Positions 7,923 through 15,908 are shown, counted from the first letter of the stretch. The stretch: DNA of 30,583 nt from an uncultured Muribaculaceae bacterium (GCA_964560995.1 CAZLNI010000001.1:1-30583), one strand, 5' to 3'. Program-made: numbers and translations. The notes: generated by a model from the sequence alone, not told the origin.

Positions 7923-9545
7923 CTATGCAGCTTTGATAGTATGGTCTTCTATGTTAAAGCTATCTGGTAAACTTGTAAACATAGGAGAGACATTATCTTT
8001 CATTTTATCCATCTTTTTGATAGCGACTTGTAATTTTCTATATAATATTTTTTTCTCTTCGTTAGATAACGATTGAGATGTTTTAATTTGGTTTTGTAGG
8101 GTTTGAGCTGTTTTGCTTCTATCTTCTTTGCTTAGAGAAGGGGCAGCATTTACTAAATTATTAATAGATGCTTTAAAAGTTTTATATTCTTTCGATTTCT
8201 TTTTTGGTAAAAGGTGCCCCGCACCGATTAAACCAATTCCTCCGATGCTCGTTCCCAATACAGCGTGTGAGAGAGCTGTTACTTTGCTTGCAGCAGCTGC
8301 TGCAACTGTTGCAGCTTCTGAAGCAGTGGCTGTTGCAGACGCGGCGAATTGAGAGATAGTTTGTCCACCAATAGTCCAAGCTCCTAGAGCATTATTATAA
8401 GTTGCTACTGACCCAGTCAAACTTGAAATGATGTTAGATGTAGCTATATTGGCACTATGTAGTGCTACTTGTTCTGTGGCAGAGGCAGTATGCCAGAGGG
8501 CACTATTTGAAAGCATCGAGTTAGCTAAACTTGATATTTGAGTAGCATTAGAGGCAGCAATAGATGCTTCTGTTGCTGCTTGCGTTGCAGCTAAGAAAGC
8601 TGGCAATACTTGAGTAACAGCTATGACAATGGCAATCGTAATTGCTGTTAATCCAAGACCGATTAAAATCTGTTTTTTATGATCTTTTACCCATTGCCAT
8701 GGAGTTATAGATTCTACTTCTATGAGCTCTTCATCAGTTGTAGTGCTATTATTTGTTTCGTTATCTGAACTTTGGTTATGATTTGTTTCTAAAATTGAAG
8801 GAAACCCTTGATTATCAGCTGTTTGTGAAGGTAAGCTCTTCATATTTGGAGCAAAAGAAGGAGTTTCTTCTTCTGTAGGTTTGCCAAAGAAAGGCGAATC
8901 ATTCTTTGTTTCATCAACTGGTTTATAATCGGCATCGATGGCGTGAGCCTTTATTTCCTCAAAATAAGAAGCATCTTTTGGTTTGTTTGGTACGATATCT
9001 ACAACTACCGATTCTAAATTTGGATCTACAGCTAACCGTGCATCTTGGTTATAGAGGCTATCTTGTAGTTGTCCATTCACATAATCGTTTAATAATGTGT
9101 CTTGAGTGCCTTGTTCTGGAAGAGCTTTGCTAGCAGTTGGTGTTACTATTTCTTTTTTTGATGATGCTATTTTAGAAGACTCAGCGTCAATAGTAAACTG
9201 TTCTTCGACTGGTATACTAGGGGCGACGATTTGAACTGGTTCATCAATTTTTTCTTCTGATGATATACTGGGACTTATTTTTTCGCTTATGCTTGTGTCT
9301 ATGCCTTCTAGTTTTGTTTCTTTACGCAGTTTGTCATATTCGCCAGTAAATTTCTCTTTTAAACCGTATTCAAGCAATTCAGCCATGCGCGCTAAAGCTC
9401 TGTATTCGTCTTGATCTTCTTGTAAAACGGGCTCGCCAGCTGCTATTACGATATGACGATTAGGTCTTTTTACGTCGCGCATATCATCTTTTATTTGTTT
9501 CATTCTTTCTTTAATAAGGTTGCGTTCATTATCGATTATGTCCAT
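7923..9545 (-). CDS. Hypothetical membrane protein: acidic disordered N-half, TM helix, long Ala/Ser/Thr region, Gly-rich hydrophobic helix, basic helical C-terminus
   Basis: About 540 aa ORF; TM ILIGLGLTAITIAIVIAVTQVL; second segment VLGTSIGGIGLIGAGHLL; SD GAGG favours ATG 9545. Confidence 0.75.
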   Translation of the reverse strand: MDIIDNERNLIKERMKQIKDDMRDVKRPNRHIVIAAGEPVLQEDQDEYRALARMAELLEYGLKEKFTGEYDKLRKETKLEGIDTSISEKISPSISSEEKIDEPVQIVAPSIPVEEQFTIDAESSKIASSKKEIVTPTASKALPEQGTQDTLLNDYVNGQLQDSLYNQDARLAVDPNLESVVVDIVPNKPKDASYFEEIKAHAIDADYKPVDETKNDSPFFGKPTEEETPSFAPNMKSLPSQTADNQGFPSILETNHNQSSDNETNNSTTTDEELIEVESITPWQWVKDHKKQILIGLGLTAITIAIVIAVTQVLPAFLAATQAATEASIAASNATQISSLANSMLSNSALWHTASATEQVALHSANIATSNIISSLTGSVATYNNALGAWTIGGQTISQFAASATATASEAATVAAAAASKVTALSHAVLGTSIGGIGLIGAGHLLPKKKSKEYKTFKASINNLVNAAPSLSKEDRSKTAQTLQNQIKTSQSLSNEEKKILYRKLQVAIKKMDKMKDNVSPMFTSLPDSFNIEDHTIKAA

Positions 9546-9617
9546 TTTGTACACCATCCTCTATTATGATATTAACATGAAATGACTTATTATACAAGAT
9601 GTCACAGCTAATTTTAC

Positions 9618-9645
9618 AAAAAAAAGATGGCTAAAAGCCACCTTT
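9618..9645 (-). terminator. Intrinsic terminator after rplL
   Basis: AAAGGTGGC-TTTTA-GCCATCTTT followed by a T run. Confidence 0.75.
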
Positions 9646-9655
9646 GGAGTTAAAA

Positions 9656-10030
9656 TTAAGCAAGTTCTACAGTAGCGCCAGCTTCTTCAAGTTTAGTCTT
9701 GATTTCGTTAGCTTCATCTGCAGGTACGTTTTCTTTGATATTTCCGCCGTTATCAGCAAGTCCTTTAGCTTCAACAAGTCCAAGTCCTGTGATTTCACGG
9801 ATAACTTTGATGACTGCAATCTTTTGTGCTCCAGCGTCCTTAAGAACTACTGTCTTAGCAGCATTTGCAGAATCGTCTGCAGCAGCAGCGCCAGCAGCAG
9901 GAGCAGCAACAGCGATAGCACTAGGATCGATTCCTAATTCATCTTTCATCAAATCGTTTAATTCTTTAAGTTCAAGAATTGTCATTTCCTTAATAGTATC
10001 AATAATATCTTTTGCAGTTAATTTTGCCAT
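9656..10030 (-). CDS. rplL: 50S ribosomal protein L7/L12
   Basis: MTILELKEL, Ala-rich hinge, KIAVIKVIREITGLGLVEAK, KLEEAGATVEL. Confidence 0.99.
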   Translation of the reverse strand: MAKLTAKDIIDTIKEMTILELKELNDLMKDELGIDPSAIAVAAPAAGAAAADDSANAAKTVVLKDAGAQKIAVIKVIREITGLGLVEAKGLADNGGNIKENVPADEANEIKTKLEEAGATVELA

Positions 10031-10048
10031 TTAAATCATTCCTTTCTT

Positions 10049-10546
10049 TTAATTATTTTCTTCTAATTTTTTGGCGTATAGGTCAACTCCGATTGCAAAC
10101 ATCTTGGCTTGTTGCATTAAGCCAGCTGCAAACATAGTGAGCAATCCTTCGCGAGATGGAAGAGATGCGTATGTATTAATCTCCTCTAGTGTGAGGATAT
10201 TGCCATCAGCATAACCTGTGCGAATTTGAACATTATCTCTGTCTTTAGCAAACTCGCTTATTACTTTGATAGGCGCTAATAAATCTCCACCGAAGAGAAT
10301 AGCATTTGGGCCTTCCCAGAATTCGGCATTATCGATTTTAGCGTCTTCAAAAGCTCTTTTAGCTAGAGTGTTTTTATAAACTTTGATTTCACTATTAGAT
10401 TCTTTTAGCTTGGTACGCAATTCAGACATTTCACTAACAGTTAACCCTTGATATGTAAACACTATAACAGAGGCGCTGTTCGAAATCTTATCAGAAATCT
10501 CTTTTACGACTTCTTTTTTAAGATTCAAGTTCTTTTCACTTGCCAT
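10049..10546 (-). CDS. rplJ: 50S ribosomal protein L10
   Basis: YQGLTV, KVYKNTL, GPNA, ASLPSREGLL; start MASEK follows SD AAGGAG. Confidence 0.98.
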   Translation of the reverse strand: MASEKNLNLKKEVVKEISDKISNSASVIVFTYQGLTVSEMSELRTKLKESNSEIKVYKNTLAKRAFEDAKIDNAEFWEGPNAILFGGDLLAPIKVISEFAKDRDNVQIRTGYADGNILTLEEINTYASLPSREGLLTMFAAGLMQQAKMFAIGVDLYAKKLEENN

Positions 10547-10569
10547 AATTAAAACTCCTTTCATTTTTT

Positions 10570-10675
10570 GAAAAAACTTTCCCATAGGGAAAGCTTTAGA
10601 GTTTTTAAATAAGTTCTAAAAGTTCCCCTCGGCAGGATTATTAAGACGAATCCCCTGCTGTCTATGGACAAACGT
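10570..10675 (-). ncRNA. L10 leader (rplJL autoregulatory RNA) with attenuator-type terminator
   Basis: AGACAGCAGG...CCTGCCGAGG motif, then CTTTCCC-TAT-GGGAAAG plus T6 upstream of the rplJ SD. Confidence 0.85.
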
Positions 10676-10691
10676 TTTTTCATTAATTTGT

Positions 10692-10720
10692 ATTATATAC
10701 TATGTTTTTTTATTTGTCAA
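10692..10720 (-). promoter_or_regulatory. sigma-A promoter of rplJL overlapping the rplA 3' end
   Basis: Perfect TTGACA-17 nt-TATAAT. Confidence 0.85.
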
Positions 10721-11408
10721 AAGAATTTTTATCTAGTTTGATTCCAGGACCCATTGTACTAGAAATGACGATAGAATTAATGTAGTTTCCTTTGACAGTT
10801 GTCGGCTTCGCTTTAACGATTGCATTAACAAGATAGTTAATGTTTTCAACTAAAGCTGATGCGTCAAATGATGCTTTACCAACTGGCGAATGAACTATAC
10901 CGTAACTATCTGCACGATATTCAATCATACCTTTTTTGATGTCTTCAACGGCTTTACCAGTATTCATAGTTACAGTTCCTGTCTTAGGGTTTGGCATTAA
11001 ACCTTTTGGACCAAGAACTTTACCGATTTTACCAAGTGCAGGCATCATCTCTGGTGTAGCGACGATTACGTCGAAATCGAACCAGTTTTCATTAGCCATT
11101 TTGTCGATAAGCTCTGCTTCTCCTACGAAGTCAGCGCCGGCTTTTTTCGCTTCTTCTGCTTGAGCACCTTTCGCTAGAACGCAGATTCTCTTAGTTTTAC
11201 CTGTTCCGTTTGGTAAAACGATCGATCCTCTCATCTGTTGATCAGCTTTTTTAGTGTCGATGTTCAAGTTGATAGCTATTTCTATAGTACTGTCGAATTT
11301 AGTAGTAGCAGTCTTTTTAACTAATTCAACTGCTTCAGCTGTCGAATACTCAGTTCCTTTTTCTATCAATTTAGAAGCTTCCACATATTTTTTTCCCAAT
11401 TTTTTCAC
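10710..11408 (-). CDS. rplA: 50S ribosomal protein L1
   Basis: [41 protein letters not shown]; GTG start after GGAGG. Confidence 0.99.
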   Translation of the reverse strand: MKKLGKKYVEASKLIEKGTEYSTAEAVELVKKTATTKFDSTIEIAINLNIDTKKADQQMRGSIVLPNGTGKTKRICVLAKGAQAEEAKKAGADFVGEAELIDKMANENWFDFDVIVATPEMMPALGKIGKVLGPKGLMPNPKTGTVTMNTGKAVEDIKKGMIEYRADSYGIVHSPVGKASFDASALVENINYLVNAIVKAKPTTVKGNYINSIVISSTMGPGIKLDKNSFDK

Positions 11409-11479
11409 TGTTTTCCCTCCAATCGTGGTTTATTTTAAGAGCGGATATTTTTGTTATTTTTGTTTTTAAAGTTTTAAAC

Positions 11480-12070
11480 TTATTCTTCAGTCGATTCTTC
11501 TTCAGACTTCTCGTTGATGACTTCGACATCGACAGAAGTATCTTGAGCGCTAGCTTCCATTGCTTCAAGTGCAGCTTCACGTTTTGCTTGTTCAGCTTCT
11601 TCTTGAGCAGCTTCTTTAGCTTGTTCCATCATTTCTGCATCGTTCAAGCCTTTAACTGCAACACCCATATTGCGGGCAGTTCCTTCGATAATCTTCATTG
11701 CTTCTTCTATTGTATAGGCATTTAAGTCTGGTAACTTAGTTTCAGCAATGGCACGAAGGTCGTCTTTAGTAATCGTTGCAACGACTTCATTGGCACCTTT
11801 AGCACTACCCTTTTGAATTTTAGCATACTTCTTGATTAAGAATGGTGCAGGTGCTGTTTTTAGAACGAAATCATAAGATTTATCTGCATATAGAGTTATC
11901 TCTACTGGTACGATGTCTCCCATTTTGTCTTTAGAAGCATCATTAAATTTAGTACAGAACTCTTGCAAGTTTATTCCTGCAGGTCCTAAAACAGTACCAA
12001 CTGGTGGTGCTGGTGTAGCTTTTCCAGCAGGAATTTGAAGTTTAATTTTCTTTGCGATTTCTTTTGCCAC
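11480..12070 (-). CDS. rplK: 50S ribosomal protein L11 with about 55 aa acidic C-terminal extension
   Basis: KLQIPAGKATPAPPVGTVLG, FCTKFN, IIEGTARNMG; GTG 12070 fits SD AAAGGA. Confidence 0.97.
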   Translation of the reverse strand: MAKEIAKKIKLQIPAGKATPAPPVGTVLGPAGINLQEFCTKFNDASKDKMGDIVPVEITLYADKSYDFVLKTAPAPFLIKKYAKIQKGSAKGANEVVATITKDDLRAIAETKLPDLNAYTIEEAMKIIEGTARNMGVAVKGLNDAEMMEQAKEAAQEEAEQAKREAALEAMEASAQDTSVDVEVINEKSEEESTEE

Positions 12071-12100
12071 GAAAAACACATCCTTTCATTTTTACGTAGA

Positions 12101-12133
12101 AGTGGTGTGGGCTAATCCGCATTCCCTCCCACT
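12101..12133 (-). promoter_or_regulatory. L1-binding leader element upstream of rplK
   Basis: Minus strand GTGGGAGGG-AATGCGGATTAG-CCC-AC-ACCAC, the GUGGGAGG...ACCAC architecture of Firmicute L1 operator RNAs. Confidence 0.7.
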
Positions 12134-12164
12134 TGTTGAGAGTTACGAGAACATCTCGTGATAG

Positions 12165-12193
12165 AATATACCACAGATAGCGGGTAAATTCAA
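12165..12193 (-). promoter_or_regulatory. sigma-A promoter of rplK-rplA
   Basis: TTGAAT-17 nt-TATATT with extended -10 TG. Confidence 0.65.
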
Positions 12194-12226
12194 GTTAAAT
12201 TATATTAAAATCCACAGTAATTAATA

Positions 12227-12256
12227 TAAAAACAATGACTGTAAGATTCATTGTTT
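12227..12256 (-). terminator. Intrinsic terminator after surface-protein paralog 2
   Basis: AAACAATGA-9 nt-TCATTGTTT followed by TT. Confidence 0.6.
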
Positions 12257-12287
12257 CTTTAAATAGCTTTAATCTTTTTCTTTATTT

Positions 12288-13802
12288 TTATGCTGCACGG
12301 TAAGGATCTGTCATCGTACCTGTTCCAATCATCGTATTTACGTATTCTGGGCTTAGGTTTATGACAGGTGCGATAGAAACCTTATTACTTGAGTAAACTT
12401 TATACAAAGAACCATTTTCACTGACACAAAACATAGTGCTATAAGTACTATAATACATAGGTGAAAATGACAAGTACCGAAAACCTTTATATAGATAATA
12501 ATTTTGATTTGTTGTCTCATACTTCCCGCCTGCTGTTACTATTTCATCCGCTGTTATGAAACCAACTGGATAATCCAAAATACCATTTCCTTTTGTCATA
12601 TCTTCTACTGTAAATGCATCATTCTTCTGCTCACATTTGAATGTAGGCTGTGGATTATCAATGGTTAATCTGCCATATGCTCCATAGTGTGTCTCGCTTG
12701 TTCTTGCACCCGTTCCTTTATTATCATTTGCAAAACTTCTATCATTACAGAATATTTCATCACTTACTGCTCCACTGTATCCAGTATCTATTATATTTTC
12801 TTTATACCACGTATCTAATAGAGTCTTTATATTAGAATCCGTTTCATTAGTTTGAGCTTGTTCCTTACTTGTACTATATACTACGGTTCCATCTTCTTTA
12901 TCTTGGGGACTATACATATATCCTATATATTTATTATCATTGTATTTGGTATTCCATGCTGCATTTGTCATAGCAACCCTATCTTCACTAAATTCCCCGT
13001 TCATGTGGGCACTCGTTCCATCATAGATAATTCGAAGACTTCCATCACCATTGATACGAACTATTCTCCAGAACATATCTTGCCCAGATTTATTTTGACC
13101 AAATTTTACATAGTTGTCTTCTACTGCCCCCCTATAGTAATAACTTATTCCATAATCGTCTTCCATTTCGAAAACCCCTTCATTTATTGTAGCTTTCGCT
13201 GTAAAAGAGCTTTTAGTTCCATTTGAAAAGGCAATTATTGCATCAATGATTGAAGGATTATCTATATCTCCCTTTTCATCAGTTAAACTAAATGTCGAAC
13301 TGAACTTGGCACTTAAGTCTGAGTCTTGATTTACATCTTCTAAATAGTTTAATGTTATTACTAGTTCATAGTAGTATGTCTTACCTACTGGTATTGTCAG
13401 AGAGTTGGCTAAAACATTAGAAGTCTTTGGAACATTCGTCTTACTTACTACTTCGGTATATGGTCCTTCATTACTCTCACTTTGTCTAAGTACATAAGTT
13501 AGTGAACCTTCTATATATGTATTTACTAAGTCTTTCCAATACATCTTGACTCTTGCTTCTGCCGTTCCAGTATTCTGTATAGTGAATTTCTTTGTAATTG
13601 ATTCTCCGAACTTTAGTTCTCCTGTTATACCTGTATCGTTATCGGCAAATCTAGCACTTGTAGTTCCTGTGCTGATTGTTGCTTCCATTTTTCTTACTTC
13701 ACCGCTAGCTGTGAAATATGCATATGATACTGCACTTACTACCGTTAGTATAGACGCTATACCTATAAGCAAACATATCGTCTTCTTGGTCTTTGAATTC
13801 AT
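12288..13802 (-). CDS. Surface protein paralog 2: SipW-class signal peptide, TasA/CalY-like domain, conserved core and variable tip
   Basis: MNSKTKKTICLLIGIASILTVVSAVSYA-YFT; LKFGESITKKFTIQNTGT matches the TasA/camelysin pattern; C-terminal about 295 aa paralogous to 5860-6753. The ORF-track start at 13958 overlaps the XRE gene; ATG 13802 has its own promoter. Confidence 0.85.
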   Translation of the reverse strand: MNSKTKKTICLLIGIASILTVVSAVSYAYFTASGEVRKMEATISTGTTSARFADNDTGITGELKFGESITKKFTIQNTGTAEARVKMYWKDLVNTYIEGSLTYVLRQSESNEGPYTEVVSKTNVPKTSNVLANSLTIPVGKTYYYELVITLNYLEDVNQDSDLSAKFSSTFSLTDEKGDIDNPSIIDAIIAFSNGTKSSFTAKATINEGVFEMEDDYGISYYYRGAVEDNYVKFGQNKSGQDMFWRIVRINGDGSLRIIYDGTSAHMNGEFSEDRVAMTNAAWNTKYNDNKYIGYMYSPQDKEDGTVVYSTSKEQAQTNETDSNIKTLLDTWYKENIIDTGYSGAVSDEIFCNDRSFANDNKGTGARTSETHYGAYGRLTIDNPQPTFKCEQKNDAFTVEDMTKGNGILDYPVGFITADEIVTAGGKYETTNQNYYLYKGFRYLSFSPMYYSTYSTMFCVSENGSLYKVYSSNKVSIAPVINLSPEYVNTMIGTGTMTDPYRAA

Positions 13803-13833
13803 AAACTTTCCTACACTTTCTATTATATAGAAT

Positions 13834-13862
13834 ATTATACAACACATATGTTCATAATTCAA
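13834..13862 (-). promoter_or_regulatory. sigma-A promoter of paralog 2
   Basis: TTGAAT-17 nt-TATAAT. Confidence 0.75.
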
Positions 13863-13883
13863 CACATTTGTTGTCACAAATGA
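13840..13883. promoter_or_regulatory. Putative XRE operator array
   Basis: CAACACATWTGTT repeated at 13840 and 13860 (12/13 identical); palindrome CATTTGT-TGTC-ACAAATG at 13865-13882. Confidence 0.55.
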
Positions 13884-13904
13884 TATAAAAGTGCTGGTGA
13901 TTAA

Positions 13905-14135
13905 ATGTACTATACTGAAAGAATTAAATGGATTAGAGATTGTAAAAATATAACTCAAAAAGAAGTAGCAGAATTTTTAGGATTAAAACAACAACAATAT
14001 GCAAGGTATGAAAAAGGTGTGAATGTAATGCCAGTAACCTATTTGAATAGAATATGTGAATACTTAGATGTATCTGCTGATTATATTATAGGTTTAACTG
14101 ATGAAGTAAAGGAATGTCCTAAAAAGAAAAGCTAA
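13905..14135 (+). CDS. XRE-family (HTH_3) transcriptional regulator
   Basis: IKWIRDCKNITQKEVAEFLGLKQQQYARYEKG...LDVSADYIIG; the only credible plus-strand gene. Confidence 0.92.
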   Translation: MYYTERIKWIRDCKNITQKEVAEFLGLKQQQYARYEKGVNVMPVTYLNRICEYLDVSADYIIGLTDEVKECPKKKS

Positions 14136-14186
14136 TTATATAAAATTTTTTTAATAAATCTTTTCTCTTATAAAATCAATAGATAT

Positions 14187-14245
14187 CACGTTTTTGGTAG
14201 GACTTTTTGCTATTTTTTACACGTTTTTGGTAGGACTTTTGCTAT
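14187..14245 (+). repeat. Tandem direct repeat of 26-27 bp
   Basis: CACGTTTTTGGTAGGACTTTT(T)GCTAT at 14187-14213 and 14220-14245. Confidence 0.9.
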
Positions 14246-14275
14246 AAGTGGTGGTTTTTAGTGGTAAATTGCAAA

Positions 14276-14296
14276 ATAAAAAAGCCCAAGGGGCTA
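14276..14296 (-). terminator. Intrinsic terminator after nusG
   Basis: AGCCC-CTT-GGGCT followed by a T run at the TAG stop. Confidence 0.65.
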
Positions 14297-14842
14297 GTCT
14301 TGTAATGATACTTGGAACATTTCGACTTCTGCAGGTGTGTCTTGACCGAATAAATCGACAAGAACATTGAGTCTTGCGTTTTCTTTATCGATGGATTCGA
14401 TTGTTCCAGAGAATCCTTTAAGAGGTCCGTCGATGATTTGGACTTTAGCTCCAACTTCGAGTTCTTTATCGGCATCCAATCTTGACATTCCCATGTTGGC
14501 TAGAATTTTATCTATTTCTTGAGGTAAAAGCGGTGTCGGTTTAGCTCCTTTACCAGATGAACCGATGAATCCAGTAACTCCTGGCGTATTACGGACGATA
14601 TACCATGCTTCGTCGGTCATAATCATTTCGACTAAGACGTAACCTGGAAACATCTTCTGCTCTACTTCTTTTTTAGTGCCGTTCTTTTGTTCTCTCGTTA
14701 CCTTTTCTGTCGGAACGACTACGCGAAAAATATAGTCTTGAAATCCCATAGATTCCGCACGCGCAGTCAACTTTTCCTTTACTTTATCTTCATGTCCACT
14801 ATAAGTGTTTACTACATACCAAAGCTTTTCCATATTATCCAA
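14294..14842 (-). CDS. nusG: Transcription termination/antitermination factor NusG
   Basis: WYVVNTYSGHEDKV, FPGYVLVEM, VRNTPGVTGFIGS, KOW GPLKGFSG, LFGQDTPAEV. Confidence 0.99.
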   Translation of the reverse strand: MDNMEKLWYVVNTYSGHEDKVKEKLTARAESMGFQDYIFRVVVPTEKVTREQKNGTKKEVEQKMFPGYVLVEMIMTDEAWYIVRNTPGVTGFIGSSGKGAKPTPLLPQEIDKILANMGMSRLDADKELEVGAKVQIIDGPLKGFSGTIESIDKENARLNVLVDLFGQDTPAEVEMFQVSLQD

Positions 14843-15152
14843 TCCATCCTTGTACTAGAGCGTATAAAAGGTCAAAAACTGCTGAGACCCCAATAAAGAA
14901 TGCTGCCATTAAAACGATCATGAGCACCGTTGCAAGCGAATACTTAAAGACCGATTTCTTCGTTGGCCAAGATACTAGTTTAATCTCAGTCATGAGTTTA
15001 GAAAAGTAACCCTTTTTACTTGACCCTTTTTTTGCTTTTTCTTTTTTAGGTTTCTCTTTTTTTATTTTATCTTTTTTCTTACCTATTTCTTCATTTTTGG
15101 TAAGTTCGATTTCTTCTAATCCATTGTCTACTTTGACAGTTTCTTTTGCCAT
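14835..15152 (-). CDS. secE: Preprotein translocase subunit SecE with Lys-rich N-terminal extension
   Basis: EIKLVSWPTKK followed by one TM helix; directly upstream of nusG; GGAGG SD before ATG 15152. Confidence 0.93.
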   Translation of the reverse strand: MAKETVKVDNGLEEIELTKNEEIGKKKDKIKKEKPKKEKAKKGSSKKGYFSKLMTEIKLVSWPTKKSVFKYSLATVLMIVLMAAFFIGVSAVFDLLYALVQGWIG

Positions 15153-15194
15153 TTTAATTCCTCCAAAATAAAAACACCTGCGTGTTACATCCAT

Positions 15195-15223
15195 AATATA
15201 ACATACACAGAGATGTTTTGCAA
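15195..15223 (-). promoter_or_regulatory. sigma-A promoter of secE-nusG
   Basis: TTGCAA-17 nt-TATATT with extended -10 TG. Confidence 0.6.
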
Positions 15224-15232
15224 GTCAATTTA

Positions 15233-15901
15233 TTAAAGTTGCCAATCGATAGGGTTTAGACCGTCATTTTTTAAGAATTCGTTAGTCTTAGAAAAGGGTT
15301 TAGAACCGAAGAATCCGTTTCTTGCACTGAAGGGAGATGGATGAGTAGATTCTACTATATGGTGTTTTGGATTCGTGATGTAGAACTTCTTACTACGAGC
15401 AAACGAACCCCAGAGTATGAAGACTACAGGAGTCTCTTTTTCGTTTAATTTTTTTATTATGCTGTCTGTGAAGAATTCCCATCCTAGCGAACTGTGGCTC
15501 CCTGCTTTGTCTTTTTCGACAGTCAATATAGAGTTTAAAAGTAAGACTCCTTCTTGAGCCCACTTAGTGAGGTCTCCTATATTTGCAGGTTCAACGATGC
15601 CTAAGTCATCATATATTTCTTTATATATATTTTGAAGGGACGGTGGTACTCTTACGCCTTTGCGAACTGAAAAAGATAGCCCATGTGCTTCACCTACTCC
15701 GTGATATGGGTCCTGTCCTACGATTACTACTTTTGTATTTTCGTAACTCGTGAGTTTTAGAGCTTCAAAGATGTGGTCTTTGGGTGGAAATACTGTTTTG
15801 GTGTCATATTCCTTTTTTGCAAGTACCATCGTATTATAAAATTCTTTAGTGGATGTCACGTCCTTGAGGACGTCATCCCAGTCGTTGTGAAATAATTCCA
15901 T
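15233..15901 (-). CDS. ung: Uracil-DNA glycosylase (family 1)
   Basis: VVIVGQDPYHG, GVLLLNSILTV, HPSPFS. Confidence 0.98.
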   Translation of the reverse strand: MELFHNDWDDVLKDVTSTKEFYNTMVLAKKEYDTKTVFPPKDHIFEALKLTSYENTKVVIVGQDPYHGVGEAHGLSFSVRKGVRVPPSLQNIYKEIYDDLGIVEPANIGDLTKWAQEGVLLLNSILTVEKDKAGSHSSLGWEFFTDSIIKKLNEKETPVVFILWGSFARSKKFYITNPKHHIVESTHPSPFSARNGFFGSKPFSKTNEFLKNDGLNPIDWQL

Positions 15902-15908
15902 GTTACAC

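Noticed and set aside
11371-11580. Minus-strand 69-aa ORF bridging rplK and rplA
   Set aside because: Alternative frame over the rplK end and an A-rich spacer; no SD or motif.
12200-12229. TTATATTAA-12 nt-TTAATATAA inverted repeat
   Set aside because: Pure A/T in an AT-rich spacer; likely chance or an UP-element region of the rplK promoter.
13803-13958. 52-aa N-terminal extension of paralog 2 in the ORF track
   Set aside because: It overlaps the XRE gene and both promoters; ATG 13802 gives a proper signal peptide.
5860-14135. Complete DGR cassette inside the window
   Set aside because: No reverse transcriptase, Avd or template repeat is present. The two tips differ at many non-adenine positions, so neither is the template of the other.
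14187-14245. CRISPR interpretation of the direct repeat
   Set aside because: Only two units, a 6-nt gap, and no cas genes.
14248-14264. MraZ-like GTGG-N6-GTGG boxes
   Set aside because: Only two units, located between convergent gene ends and with no mraZ nearby.
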